A stretch of 32,000 bases of DNA from Candidatus Saccharimonadota bacterium (GCA_049511795.1 JBEKXS010000002.1:60001-92000), one strand, 5' to 3'. Shown: positions 24,945-32,000, counted from the stretch's first letter. A program made the numbers and translations. The notes: a model not told the origin generated them from the letters alone.

Positions 24945-24963
24945 GATGTATAAATAGAAAACA

Positions 24964-24977
24964 GATTTATTAAATTA
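24964..24977 (-). promoter_or_regulatory. 14-nt stop-codon-plus-TATA module GATTTATTAAATTA (copy 1, in front of aspS)
   Basis: On the minus strand it reads TAA (the pdaD stop) followed by TTTAATAAATC. The TTAATAAA box lies 21 nt upstream of the aspS ATG. An identical 14-mer occurs at 27042-27055. Confidence 0.45.
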
Positions 24978-25556
24978 TGGATTTGGATTGCTTACTTTTG
25001 CTTCAAGACCTTTATCTTCAACTAAAACAGCTGCTGCGATAACAGTTGTCCATTTTCCATCAGGACCGCATTCAGCAGATTGAGTTATATTTCTTGTTCT
25101 AACAATCTTTCCAGACATCTTGTAGGCTATTTCCCTCTCATCCCATGCCTGATTTGAATCAAAAGAGATCCCCAAAGTTGATGCTAGCATTGTTGCAGCC
25201 AAATCTTCTGCATAATCTCCTGCTATATCTTCTTTTTCACCATAACTATGATGCTCTGAAAGATATCCATATGAATCTTTCTCAGCAGGTATTGCACAGC
25301 CTATTGAAGAGGCAATTAATCTACTGGATTCATTTGTCTCATTTCTTGCCATAACACAAAAAACAACTTCTCCAGGATGTAAATATGCTAAACCTTTTTC
25401 TTTTGAAATTATCTCTGCATTCGGCGGAAGAATACTAGAAACATGAACAAGATTATATTTTTCAATGCCTGCATCTCTCAAAGCTTCTTCAAAACTTAAA
25501 AGTCTTTCTTTGTTTCTTCCAACACCTTTAGTGAAAAAAACTTTGTTTGGTATCAT
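24975..25556 (-). CDS. pdaD: pyruvoyl-dependent arginine decarboxylase
   Basis: 193 aa. FFTKGVG...[10 protein letters not shown] contains the Ser-Ser self-cleavage context typical of PdaD. Coordinates are taken from the ORF track. Confidence 0.85.
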   Translation of the reverse strand: MIPNKVFFTKGVGRNKERLLSFEEALRDAGIEKYNLVHVSSILPPNAEIISKEKGLAYLHPGEVVFCVMARNETNESSRLIASSIGCAIPAEKDSYGYLSEHHSYGEKEDIAGDYAEDLAATMLASTLGISFDSNQAWDEREIAYKMSGKIVRTRNITQSAECGPDGKWTTVIAAAVLVEDKGLEAKVSNPNP

Positions 25557-25603
25557 CTTAAATTAATGATTAAGTTATAGAATAAGTGTTTTTAAGATTT
25601 TCT

Positions 25604-27022
25604 CTACTTTACAAGCTTCTTTATGATTTCCATTGCTTCGCTACCAGAGATTTTTCCAGAGAATTCTTTCATAACTAACCCCATGTAGGCGTTTGCTGAC
25701 AATCCTGGCTTTTCTTTTATTATCTTCTCAATTTTTTTCTCAACATCTTCAGATTTTTCTTTTGGCTCTTCTCTTTCTTCTCCTCTGACAATTCCAGAAA
25801 GAATTCTTTTTATTTCAGATTCATCAATTTTTCCTTTCTTTACATCTTCCAAAACATTTCCGATTATATCTTTGTTAAGTATTTTTTCAACATCTTCCAA
25901 TGTTTTTTTCTCTTTGGATGCTATTTCTTTTGGAAAAAGCAAGATTGTTTTTGCAACAAGCTGGGGATTTTCGATAATTTCCAAAAATTCCTTGAATTCC
26001 TCAACTTTTTTTCTTTTAAGAAGAAGAGAAATCATGTCCTGGTTCAAACCGTGTTTCTTCAGTTGTTCTTCAGGATTTTCAAGCTCTTTTACTTCTTTTT
26101 TAACTTCATCAATCATTTGTCTTGAGATTTTTAATAATGGGAGGTCTGTTTCAGGATACATTCTTGCAGCTCCTGGCAATGGCCTTAGGAATCTTGAGCT
26201 ACCATCTTCAAGAACATTTCTTACTTCTGCAATGCTTTTCCCTTTTTTCACGAGTTCAATTTGTCTCTGGATTTCCAGTTCCATTGCCCTTTCAATATTT
26301 CTTATATCCTGGAAACCTTTTATCTCAATTCTTTCACCGCCAGCAATTGAAAGGTTTACATCTTGCCTGATTGTTCCCAATCCTCTTTTGACTTTGACCA
26401 TTCTCAAAATTTCTCCAAGCTTTAGCGCTGTTTCTTTTGCTTGCTGCGGATTTTTTATGCTTGCATCTGTTGCAATCTCAACGAGAGGAATTCCTAAACG
26501 GTCTAACCTGAAAACACCTTTGTCCTTGTCAATTATTCTTGCAGAATCTTCCTCGAGGCAAAGCGTAGCAATTCCTGTTTTTCCATGTGATGTTTCAATA
26601 AAACCATCTCGGGCAATTAAAACAGTTCTTTGAAAACCACTTGTATTACTGCCATCAATGACTGTCTTTCTCATTATTTGTGTTATAGGTAATATTTTGC
26701 AGTTAAGAAGTGTAGCTATTTGCAACGCAATATTGAGTGCTTCTTTGTTAATATTATGCGGCGGTTCTTCATCTAGTTCAATAAGGCAAGTTGTTTTGTA
26801 GCCTTCATATGTAAATTCTTTTTCGAGCAATGCTTCATGAGCAGCAGCAATGTCAATCTCACCGCTTTCACCTGCAACAACATGGAGTTTTCTTTTAACT
26901 ATAAAGTCAGGCTCGTTTTTCCTTAAAATAGAAGGGCAATTGCAGAAAAGTTTTCTTGTATCAAGCTGCTGATGAATTTCAAGCCCTGATTTCAAACCAA
27001 GTTTTGCATAATCTAAATCCAT
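25604..27022 (-). CDS. gatE: Glu-tRNA(Gln) amidotransferase subunit E, unusually short form
   Basis: 472 aa. GLEIHQQL, VIDGSNTSGFQRT, KVKRGLGTIRQDVNLS, GatE-type RPLPGAARMYPETDLP, and a YqeY-like tail (GLSANAYMGLVMKEFSGKISG). Confidence 0.85.
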   Translation of the reverse strand: MDLDYAKLGLKSGLEIHQQLDTRKLFCNCPSILRKNEPDFIVKRKLHVVAGESGEIDIAAAHEALLEKEFTYEGYKTTCLIELDEEPPHNINKEALNIALQIATLLNCKILPITQIMRKTVIDGSNTSGFQRTVLIARDGFIETSHGKTGIATLCLEEDSARIIDKDKGVFRLDRLGIPLVEIATDASIKNPQQAKETALKLGEILRMVKVKRGLGTIRQDVNLSIAGGERIEIKGFQDIRNIERAMELEIQRQIELVKKGKSIAEVRNVLEDGSSRFLRPLPGAARMYPETDLPLLKISRQMIDEVKKEVKELENPEEQLKKHGLNQDMISLLLKRKKVEEFKEFLEIIENPQLVAKTILLFPKEIASKEKKTLEDVEKILNKDIIGNVLEDVKKGKIDESEIKRILSGIVRGEEREEPKEKSEDVEKKIEKIIKEKPGLSANAYMGLVMKEFSGKISGSEAMEIIKKLVK

Positions 27023-27041
27023 GAAAGAAAAAAGAAGAAGG

Positions 27042-27055
27042 GATTTATTAAATTA
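27042..27055 (-). promoter_or_regulatory. 14-nt stop-codon-plus-TATA module GATTTATTAAATTA (copy 2, in front of gatE)
   Basis: It includes the TAA stop of the upstream PRTase-like gene. The TTAATAAA box lies 21 nt upstream of the gatE ATG, and the spacer is exactly 30 nt as in copy 1. Confidence 0.45.
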
Positions 27056-27811
27056 ATGACTTGTCAAATATTTTTCTAGACTTGTTTGAATTTTCAAAAG
27101 ATGAGCTGTAGAAACTTGGTCAGGGTCAACACCACAGTAAGTAGCAACGTTGTGCAAAAATCCAAGATACTTTTCTCCATAATTAAGAGATTCTATTTCA
27201 GGCAGGTAAGTTTGTCTATGCTGCCTATTCATTTCCCCTTGTTTTAATCTCACAGGGTTCAAATCTCTGTTATCTGAAGTTATTATTTTTCCCGCTTCAA
27301 AAACCTTGGCAACTCCCTGGTGTACAAGTCTGTTAAATCCATGATTTCTTTTCCCTTTTTTAGGCGATTCTCCTATAGCACAAATATTATATTTCACTTC
27401 TTTGCCTAAACGAGAGTCTAATCCTCTTTCAAATCCATGCAAAGCTTTTTGAAATTCCCTATGACCTTTTACAGCAGATGATCCAGATATGACTTCATCA
27501 ATACAAGTTATGGAAAGAGGATCTCCATGATAGTTTGTCTTCAAAAAATTAGTAAACCAATCTTGCATCATCTGCTCACGACTAAGAAATCTGCTTGAGT
27601 TTGGAGGATATTCTACTGTTTCCAAAGGAAAATGCCTGTCTATTACTGAAAGAACATCTATTAAAGGAACAGAACCTACAATTGGTGCAAATATAAAATT
27701 GGAGTTTTGACTACGTAAAAAATCAGATAAATGCTTCATAGCACCCATATAAGATTCAAATTCTTCATTAGTATATTGCTCTTCCATGGAAAAATAAACC
27801 TTTTTTCTCAT
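27053..27811 (-). CDS. hypothetical protein with a type-I phosphoribosyltransferase-like signature
   Basis: I start at Met26 of the track ORF (ATG 27811). The 27886 start would overlap gatD by 38 nt, and a CTATAAAG box lies 23 nt upstream of 27811. Motifs FIFAPIVGSVPLIDVL and LSITCIDEVISGSSAVKG fit the PRPP-binding loop pattern. The C-terminal ~100 aa are unassigned. Confidence 0.6.
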   Translation of the reverse strand: MRKKVYFSMEEQYTNEEFESYMGAMKHLSDFLRSQNSNFIFAPIVGSVPLIDVLSVIDRHFPLETVEYPPNSSRFLSREQMMQDWFTNFLKTNYHGDPLSITCIDEVISGSSAVKGHREFQKALHGFERGLDSRLGKEVKYNICAIGESPKKGKRNHGFNRLVHQGVAKVFEAGKIITSDNRDLNPVRLKQGEMNRQHRQTYLPEIESLNYGEKYLGFLHNVATYCGVDPDQVSTAHLLKIQTSLEKYLTSH

Positions 27812-27848
27812 TATAAATCTTTCTATTGTAACCCCTTTATAGTTACAT

Positions 27849-29132
27849 TTACTCCTCCAAGCGGTCAGAAAACTCACCTGAAACATTTGTCAGCATCATT
27901 TCCTTGACTTTCTCCTTGCTTTTTGCCCATTCTTCATGCCCCAAAACCCACCCAAGCTTTATCAAAGCTGTCTCTGAAAGCATGTCTTCAAGATAAATGA
28001 CTCCTGAATCAATGAGCTCTCTTCCTGTTGAATAAACCAAAGGGTCTAGTCTCCCGTAAATGGTTTGTGCAGCTGCGCAGATAACAATTCCTTTCTTTTG
28101 GATTTCTTTTAATTTTGAAATCCATGAATTTCTTGATTCACCTGTTGCAACATGGCCCAATCCAAGCATTTCAATAACAATTCCTTTGTAGCCTTTTTTT
28201 GCATAATAATCAAGAATATCTGGATTTTGTCCTGGATAAAATTTGATTAATGCAACTTTTTCCTCAAATTTTGTGTCTAATTTTGTTTTTTCGTTTGTTC
28301 TTTTTCTGTATTCTGACAAAGGAACAAATGCATTTCTAGTTATTCTTGCCAATGGCATTGCATTTACAGGCTTGAAAGCGTCTCTCTTCGAACTGTGAAG
28401 TTTTCTTACTTTTGTTCCGCGCAAAGCATAGCAAAAATCATCATTTGTTGAAGCATGACCAACAAGAACAACTTCTGCAATATCTGAAATTGCAGCAACT
28501 GCAGCTGCTTCCAGATTTAATGAAGCGTCAGAGCTTGCCCTGTCAGTGCTTCTTTGGCTATATGTAAGAACAACAGGTTTTCCCAAATTTCTTAGGAAAA
28601 AAGAAAGTGCAGCAGAGGTATAATGAAGTGTGTCTGTTCCATGTGTAATTATTAATCCTTTTATTTCAGGATTGTTCAATAATTCTTCAGCTTTTTTTGC
28701 TATTTTCTGCCAGTCATGAAAATCCATATTCTCAGAACCTTTCATAAAAGGTGTTTCAATTTTTACAACATTAACTTTCTCGAATATTTCTGGATAAAAC
28801 TTGAAAAGTTTTTCAGGGCTTGTAAGCCATTTTACAGCTCCTGTTTTGGAATCCAGTTCAGAGGAAATTGTCCCGCCTGTAACAATCATTGCAATGTTTG
28901 GTTTTGACTTGTCTTTTTTTATTTCAATATTGCTTTCTTTCTCCTCTACTTTTTTTAGAATTCTCATGTCAAGAATATCTTTCTTGTTCAATCCAATATT
29001 ATAACCAGAGTTAAGCTTCAGAAGAATTATTCCTTTCTCATCCTTTGGTGCTTCAAGAAATACTCCTTGATATGTATTCTTAACAAAATCAACTTCAACA
29101 AAATCTCCTGGTTTTGCTTCGATTTTTGCCAT
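27849..29132 (-). CDS. gatD: Glu-tRNA(Gln) amidotransferase subunit D
   Basis: 427 aa. GatD-specific N-terminal domain plus an asparaginase-like core (IAMIVTGGTISS, LIITHGTDTLHYT). Confidence 0.9.
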   Translation of the reverse strand: MAKIEAKPGDFVEVDFVKNTYQGVFLEAPKDEKGIILLKLNSGYNIGLNKKDILDMRILKKVEEKESNIEIKKDKSKPNIAMIVTGGTISSELDSKTGAVKWLTSPEKLFKFYPEIFEKVNVVKIETPFMKGSENMDFHDWQKIAKKAEELLNNPEIKGLIITHGTDTLHYTSAALSFFLRNLGKPVVLTYSQRSTDRASSDASLNLEAAAVAAISDIAEVVLVGHASTNDDFCYALRGTKVRKLHSSKRDAFKPVNAMPLARITRNAFVPLSEYRKRTNEKTKLDTKFEEKVALIKFYPGQNPDILDYYAKKGYKGIVIEMLGLGHVATGESRNSWISKLKEIQKKGIVICAAAQTIYGRLDPLVYSTGRELIDSGVIYLEDMLSETALIKLGWVLGHEEWAKSKEKVKEMMLTNVSGEFSDRLEE

Positions 29133-29143
29133 TTTTTATGAAA

Positions 29144-29215
29144 TGAGCCTGCTAGGATTCGAACCTAGATCAGCGGGGCCGAAACCCGATATTCTGTCCG
29201 TTGAACTACAGGCCC
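29144..29215 (-). tRNA. tRNA-Arg (anticodon UCG)
   Basis: The reverse complement folds as acceptor GGGCCTG/CAGGCTC, D-arm GTTC-AACGGACA-GAAT, anticodon stem TCGGG/CCCGC (U27-C43 mismatch), loop TTTCGGC, 4-nt variable TGAT, T-arm CTAGG-TTCGAAT-CCTAG, discriminator A. Confidence 0.8.
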
Positions 29216-29241
29216 TGTCTATTTAAAAAATGAGCATTAGG

Positions 29242-29250
29242 TTTTTATAT
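29242..29250. promoter_or_regulatory. TATA-like box TTTTTATAT between tRNA-Arg/gatD (minus) and the protease gene (plus)
   Basis: It lies 20 nt upstream of ATG 29271 on the plus strand and about 26 nt upstream of the tRNA-Arg 5' end on the minus strand. Confidence 0.4.
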
Positions 29251-29270
29251 CTTAAGATTTTATATTCTGA

Positions 29271-30200
29271 ATGCCAGTTGGAAACAATAAAAAAGTGATT
29301 GTCCGTCCAATTGTCCATCATCACATTGTCCTGAAACCGCACCATAAATGGATTATTGGAGGTGTTGGAACTCTTGTTGTAATACTTTTGATAACTTTAA
29401 GCATTTTTTCATATGCAAGTTATGTCAGAGAAGAGTATAATTACAATCTTCTGAACAAAAAAATAGCAGATTTATCAACAGAAACACAGGGAAATGTTAA
29501 TGAGCTTTCTTCCAGTATTTTAAAAACGCAGGAAAGCCTTAGTTCTTTAAATATTGATGTTGGAAACATAACAACCCAATTTTCCCAGCTAAAGGCAAGT
29601 GTTGGCTCTGATTTCTCAAGCATAATAGAACAAGAGGTTCCATCTGTTGTAACGATAAAAACAGATGCTGCTCAGGGAACTGGTTTCATAATAACAAGTA
29701 ACGGTTATATTGTCACTAATGCACACGTTCTTGCAGACCAGAATGGAAATCTTGCAACAGGTATCAAAGCAATAACATCAAATCAGCAGGTAATAAGTGC
29801 TAATTTCGTAGGTTATGATCCTGATTTAGATATTGCTCTGCTTAAAATACCTGGAAACTATTCAAAATTAACTTTAGGCAATTCAAATAATGTCCAAGTT
29901 GGTGAAGAAGTGATTGCAATAGGAAATCCTCTTGGCTTGCAATTCTCAGTTAGCCAGGGAATAATTTCAGCAGTTAACAGGCAAGGACAAAATGGCTTTA
30001 ATTATTATTTCCAGACAGATACAGCTCTTAATCCAGGAAATTCAGGCGGTCCTTTAATAGATAAAAACGGAAATGTCATAGGAATAAATAATTTCAAGGC
30101 AAGTGGAAGCGAAAACATTGGTTTTGCTTTGGAATCAAATTACATAAAGCAGGCAGTTGACAACATCTCAATGACAAGTCTTAATACAAATCTTCTTTGA
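29271..30200 (+). CDS. membrane-anchored trypsin-like serine protease (HtrA/DegP-like core, no PDZ domain)
   Basis: 309 aa. N-terminal TM (WIIGGVGTLVVILLITLSIF), a coiled-coil-like linker, and catalytic contexts TNAHV, DLDIALLKI and GNSGGPL. Confidence 0.85.
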   Translation: MPVGNNKKVIVRPIVHHHIVLKPHHKWIIGGVGTLVVILLITLSIFSYASYVREEYNYNLLNKKIADLSTETQGNVNELSSSILKTQESLSSLNIDVGNITTQFSQLKASVGSDFSSIIEQEVPSVVTIKTDAAQGTGFIITSNGYIVTNAHVLADQNGNLATGIKAITSNQQVISANFVGYDPDLDIALLKIPGNYSKLTLGNSNNVQVGEEVIAIGNPLGLQFSVSQGIISAVNRQGQNGFNYYFQTDTALNPGNSGGPLIDKNGNVIGINNFKASGSENIGFALESNYIKQAVDNISMTSLNTNLL

Positions 30201-30298
30201 TTTGTTCTTAATTTTCCTTTCTCAAAACATTTATTAAACTTTTTTTCCAAAAGTATAATATTTATATATGTTTTTAGGACTTGTTCTTGGCGTGAGCG

Positions 30299-30324
30299 AT
30301 TCGTTTAAAAAATGTTAAACGAAT
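30299..30324. terminator. perfect 10-bp hairpin between the convergent protease and permease genes
   Basis: ATTCGTTTAA-aaaatg-TTAAACGAAT, followed by TTTT on the plus strand. It ends 9 nt from the permease stop on the minus strand. Confidence 0.45.
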
Positions 30325-30333
30325 TTTCGAGAA

Positions 30334-31593
30334 TTATTCATACCTCAATGCTTCTATTGGTTTTAATTTTGAGGCTCTGTATGCTGGAATCACGCCAGCA
30401 ATCATTCCAACAATAATTGAAATTAAAAAAGCTCCGATTATAAGTACTGGATTAATGTACACAGAACCAAGAGAAAGCCTTCCACCTATCTGGCTTCCGC
30501 TTGTTAGGCTTCCTATAAATCCTGCCCCAATAATCCCTAAAATAACTCCGCCAATTCCTCCAACTAAACCTATTAGTCCAGAGTTAATTAAGAATATCAG
30601 CAAGATATCATTGTTCTTTGCTCCGATTGCTTTCATTATTCCTATTTCCCTTGTTTTTTCCATAACAGAAGTAAACATAGTGTTTGATATCCCAACAGCT
30701 CCTACAATAAGGGAAATAGCTGCAATTGCTGCAAGGAAAATTGATGTGGACCCTAGAGCAGATGAAATTCTTGCTTGGAAAGCTTGGGGTGAAGTAACTG
30801 TAAAATCCTGGTTTTTCGCTTGGAAAATACCCCTGGAAACCATAAGGTTTTGGGTTATGTCATTCACTGTTTGATTTGAAAGGCTTGTATCTTTTATCTC
30901 AACAGAAATCGAATTGAAGTAGTTTCCAGAAGGGTTGGCTTCAAGATTCCTTAAGGTTTGTATTGGCATAAAAACTTGACTATCCTCCTGGTTTCCGCTT
31001 TGTTTTAATATTCCAACAACTCTGAAAAGCTGACCCCCAATATCTATCTGGCTATTTACAGTCATGCCTGAAAAAACAGAGTTTGCAACGTTTCCTCCAA
31101 CAACAACACTGTTAACATCTCCAGATCCAAGGTATCTACCAGAACTAAGCTGTGAAGAGACAAAATTCTTCCAAACCAAAGGGTCAACACCTTCAATACT
31201 AACACTTGCATTGTTGCTAAGATAGGCAGCGCTTTCTCTTGAGCTTATTGTTCCCATAACATAATCAACATTCTGAATATTTTTTATAATATTTACATCA
31301 TTTGTTGTAAGGTTTTTCTGATTTGTAGTTGAAGAAGATGGCCCATTTTCAAACACTGTTCTAAACCCACCACTTGCACCACTTGCTCTTGAAAAACCAG
31401 GTGTAACTGTAAGAATGTTTGCCCCAAAGGAATTGAGCTGGTTCTGTAAATTCGCTTGTGCACCTTCTGTGACAGAAATAATGGAAACAATTGCTGCAAT
31501 CCCTATAACAATACCTATAATTGTAAGCCAACTCCTAAGCTTACTGTGAAGAAGTATGTTGAAGGCAAGTTGAAATGCTTTTTTTATTTTCAT
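30334..31593 (-). CDS. ABC transporter permease, MacB/FtsX family
   Basis: 419 aa. N-terminal TM, a large extracytoplasmic domain, and a C-terminal FtsX-type helix bundle (REIGIMKAIGAKNNDILLIFL...). Confidence 0.85.
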   Translation of the reverse strand: MKIKKAFQLAFNILLHSKLRSWLTIIGIVIGIAAIVSIISVTEGAQANLQNQLNSFGANILTVTPGFSRASGASGGFRTVFENGPSSSTTNQKNLTTNDVNIIKNIQNVDYVMGTISSRESAAYLSNNASVSIEGVDPLVWKNFVSSQLSSGRYLGSGDVNSVVVGGNVANSVFSGMTVNSQIDIGGQLFRVVGILKQSGNQEDSQVFMPIQTLRNLEANPSGNYFNSISVEIKDTSLSNQTVNDITQNLMVSRGIFQAKNQDFTVTSPQAFQARISSALGSTSIFLAAIAAISLIVGAVGISNTMFTSVMEKTREIGIMKAIGAKNNDILLIFLINSGLIGLVGGIGGVILGIIGAGFIGSLTSGSQIGGRLSLGSVYINPVLIIGAFLISIIVGMIAGVIPAYRASKLKPIEALRYE

Positions 31594-31602
31594 TTCAACT
31601 CC

Positions 31603-32000
31603 TTATTTTTTCTTTCTTTCTGCTGAAACCCAATCGGGTGTTTCTGAACCTGAACTTCTTTGTTTTTTGTTTTTATGGAATTTACCAAAAAATGCTTTTG
31701 TTTCTTCAGGATGTTTTTTATAATAAAATATAAAGCCACCCGCAATAGCTATAACAAAAAGCCAGAAAAATATATTGCTGAATACGCTTCCTCCTGAAGA
31801 AGTTGTCCTTGTTCTAGTTAAATAAACTCCGCCAGCTGTTGTCAGACCTGTTATGTTTGTTGCACTTCCTGAAAGCGAGGGTGTGAAATCAACTGTGTCA
31901 AAAACAATTCTTCTAACTCCTATGTTATCTGTGTAATCTATTTCAATAGTTAAATTTCTGCTTGCGCTCCCCCCTTGACCAAAACTCGTATTAACTCCTG
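31603..32000 (-). CDS. C-terminally anchored extracytoplasmic protein (partial; N-terminus lies right of the window)
   Basis: The minus frame is open from the window edge to the TAA at 31603-31605. Hand translation ends ...NLTIEIDYTDNIGVRRIVFDTVDFTPSLSGSATNITGLTTAGGVYLTRTRTTSSGGSVFSNIFFWLFVIAIAGGFIFYYKKHPEE...ERKKK*. It has one C-terminal TM helix and a basic tail. It ends 9 nt upstream of the permease ATG, so it is likely in the same operon. Confidence 0.6.
   Translation of the reverse strand, partial: GVNTSFGQGGSASRNLTIEIDYTDNIGVRRIVFDTVDFTPSLSGSATNITGLTTAGGVYLTRTRTTSSGGSVFSNIFFWLFVIAIAGGFIFYYKKHPEETKAFFGKFHKNKKQRSSGSETPDWVSAERKKK

Noticed and set aside
25496-25557. Possible frameshift in pdaD. 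Counting by hand, I read five A's across the line junction at 25498-25502. That would place the ATG at 25557 and break the frame.
   Set aside because: The supplied ORF track, computed from the sequence, gives an intact 193-aa PdaD ending at 25556, and every other coordinate I checked matches the track. I treat this as my own homopolymer miscount, not a pseudogene.
25872-26633. 253-aa plus-strand ORF, the longest unexplained ORF in the track.
   Set aside because: It lies entirely antisense to gatE. Its S/F/L/I-rich low-complexity product is the mirror image of a K/E-rich gene in an AT-rich genome. There is no promoter box or motif. It is a shadow ORF.
27240-27275. T-arm-like sequence CAGGG-TTCAAAT-CTCTG suggesting a hidden tRNA.
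   Set aside because: No matching acceptor stem, D-arm or anticodon arm can be built around it, and it lies inside the PRTase-like coding region.
27812-27886. Longer 277-aa version of the PRTase-like ORF, overlapping gatD by 38 nt.
   Set aside because: The extra 25 residues (MFQVSFLTAWRSKCNYKGVTIERFI) lie partly inside the gatD coding sequence, and a TATA-like box sits 23 nt upstream of the internal ATG at 27811. The long form cannot be strictly excluded.
30268-30318. 16-aa ORF (MFLGLVLGVSDSFKKC) in the protease/permease spacer, preceded by an AT-rich TATA-like run.
   Set aside because: It is too short, has no proper box-to-ATG spacing, and runs through the hairpin that better explains this region as a terminator.
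30455-30874. 139-aa plus-strand ORF inside the permease gene, and similar antisense ORFs inside ftsZ (19009-19293, 19509-19742, 19899-20087), metG, mcm, asnS and aspS.
   Set aside because: Each overlaps a confidently identified gene on the opposite strand. Each has a Pro/Ile/Ser/Phe-rich shadow composition and no independent start context.
1-32000. Search for CRISPR arrays, IS elements with terminal inverted repeats, integrases, prophage genes, toxin-antitoxin pairs or known defence genes.
   Set aside because: I saw no regularly spaced direct repeats and no transposase, integrase, recombinase or nuclease-like ORFs. Every gap longer than 60 bp is accounted for by promoters, hairpins or tRNAs. 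The window looks like core chromosome.

Overview
AT-rich, very gene-dense archaeal chromosome segment. It holds 38 protein-coding genes and 4 tRNA genes, and most intergenic gaps are under 60 bp. Two genes are cut by the window edges, and one 52-aa gene is missing from the ORF track. Content is almost entirely core information processing: aminoacyl-tRNA synthesis (valS, metG plus a free-standing tRNA-binding domain, asnS, aspS, gatD/gatE); translation (aIF2-beta, aIF1A, NAC, L15e, a KH/Dim2-like protein, MnmA); replication (ATP-dependent DNA ligase, MCM, an RPA32-like OB-fold protein); transcription (TBP); secretion (Sec61-beta); and division (FtsZ, a MinD-like ATPase). There are also a few envelope proteins: a Cys-rich surface protein, a lipobox/HExxH protein, a PDZ-less HtrA-like protease and a MacB-type permease. 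The gene set (GatDE, TBP, MCM, L15e, aIF1A) is clearly archaeal. Compact proteins, low GC and a few bacterial-looking genes suggest a small-genome DPANN-type lineage, but that is inference with no search run. I see no CRISPR array, transposase, integrase, prophage, toxin-antitoxin or recognisable defence system, so I do not think the window hides a large accessory island. Five points deserve a second look. (i) An orphan PRTase-fold gene sits between gatD and gatE, next to a GatE that appears to lack the usual insertion domain. (ii) A tRNA-Arg gene lies only 11 nt upstream of the gatD start codon. (iii) The promoter architecture is very regular: a palindromic TATA octamer about 21 nt from start codons, used bidirectionally, which implies leaderless mRNAs. 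The TBP gene itself has an atypical triple-TATA arrangement. (iv) Two tandem, apparently paralogous helical proteins of unknown function lie upstream of minD. (v) Several secreted or membrane proteins cannot be assigned. All coordinates of hand-called features were counted by eye and could be off by 1.
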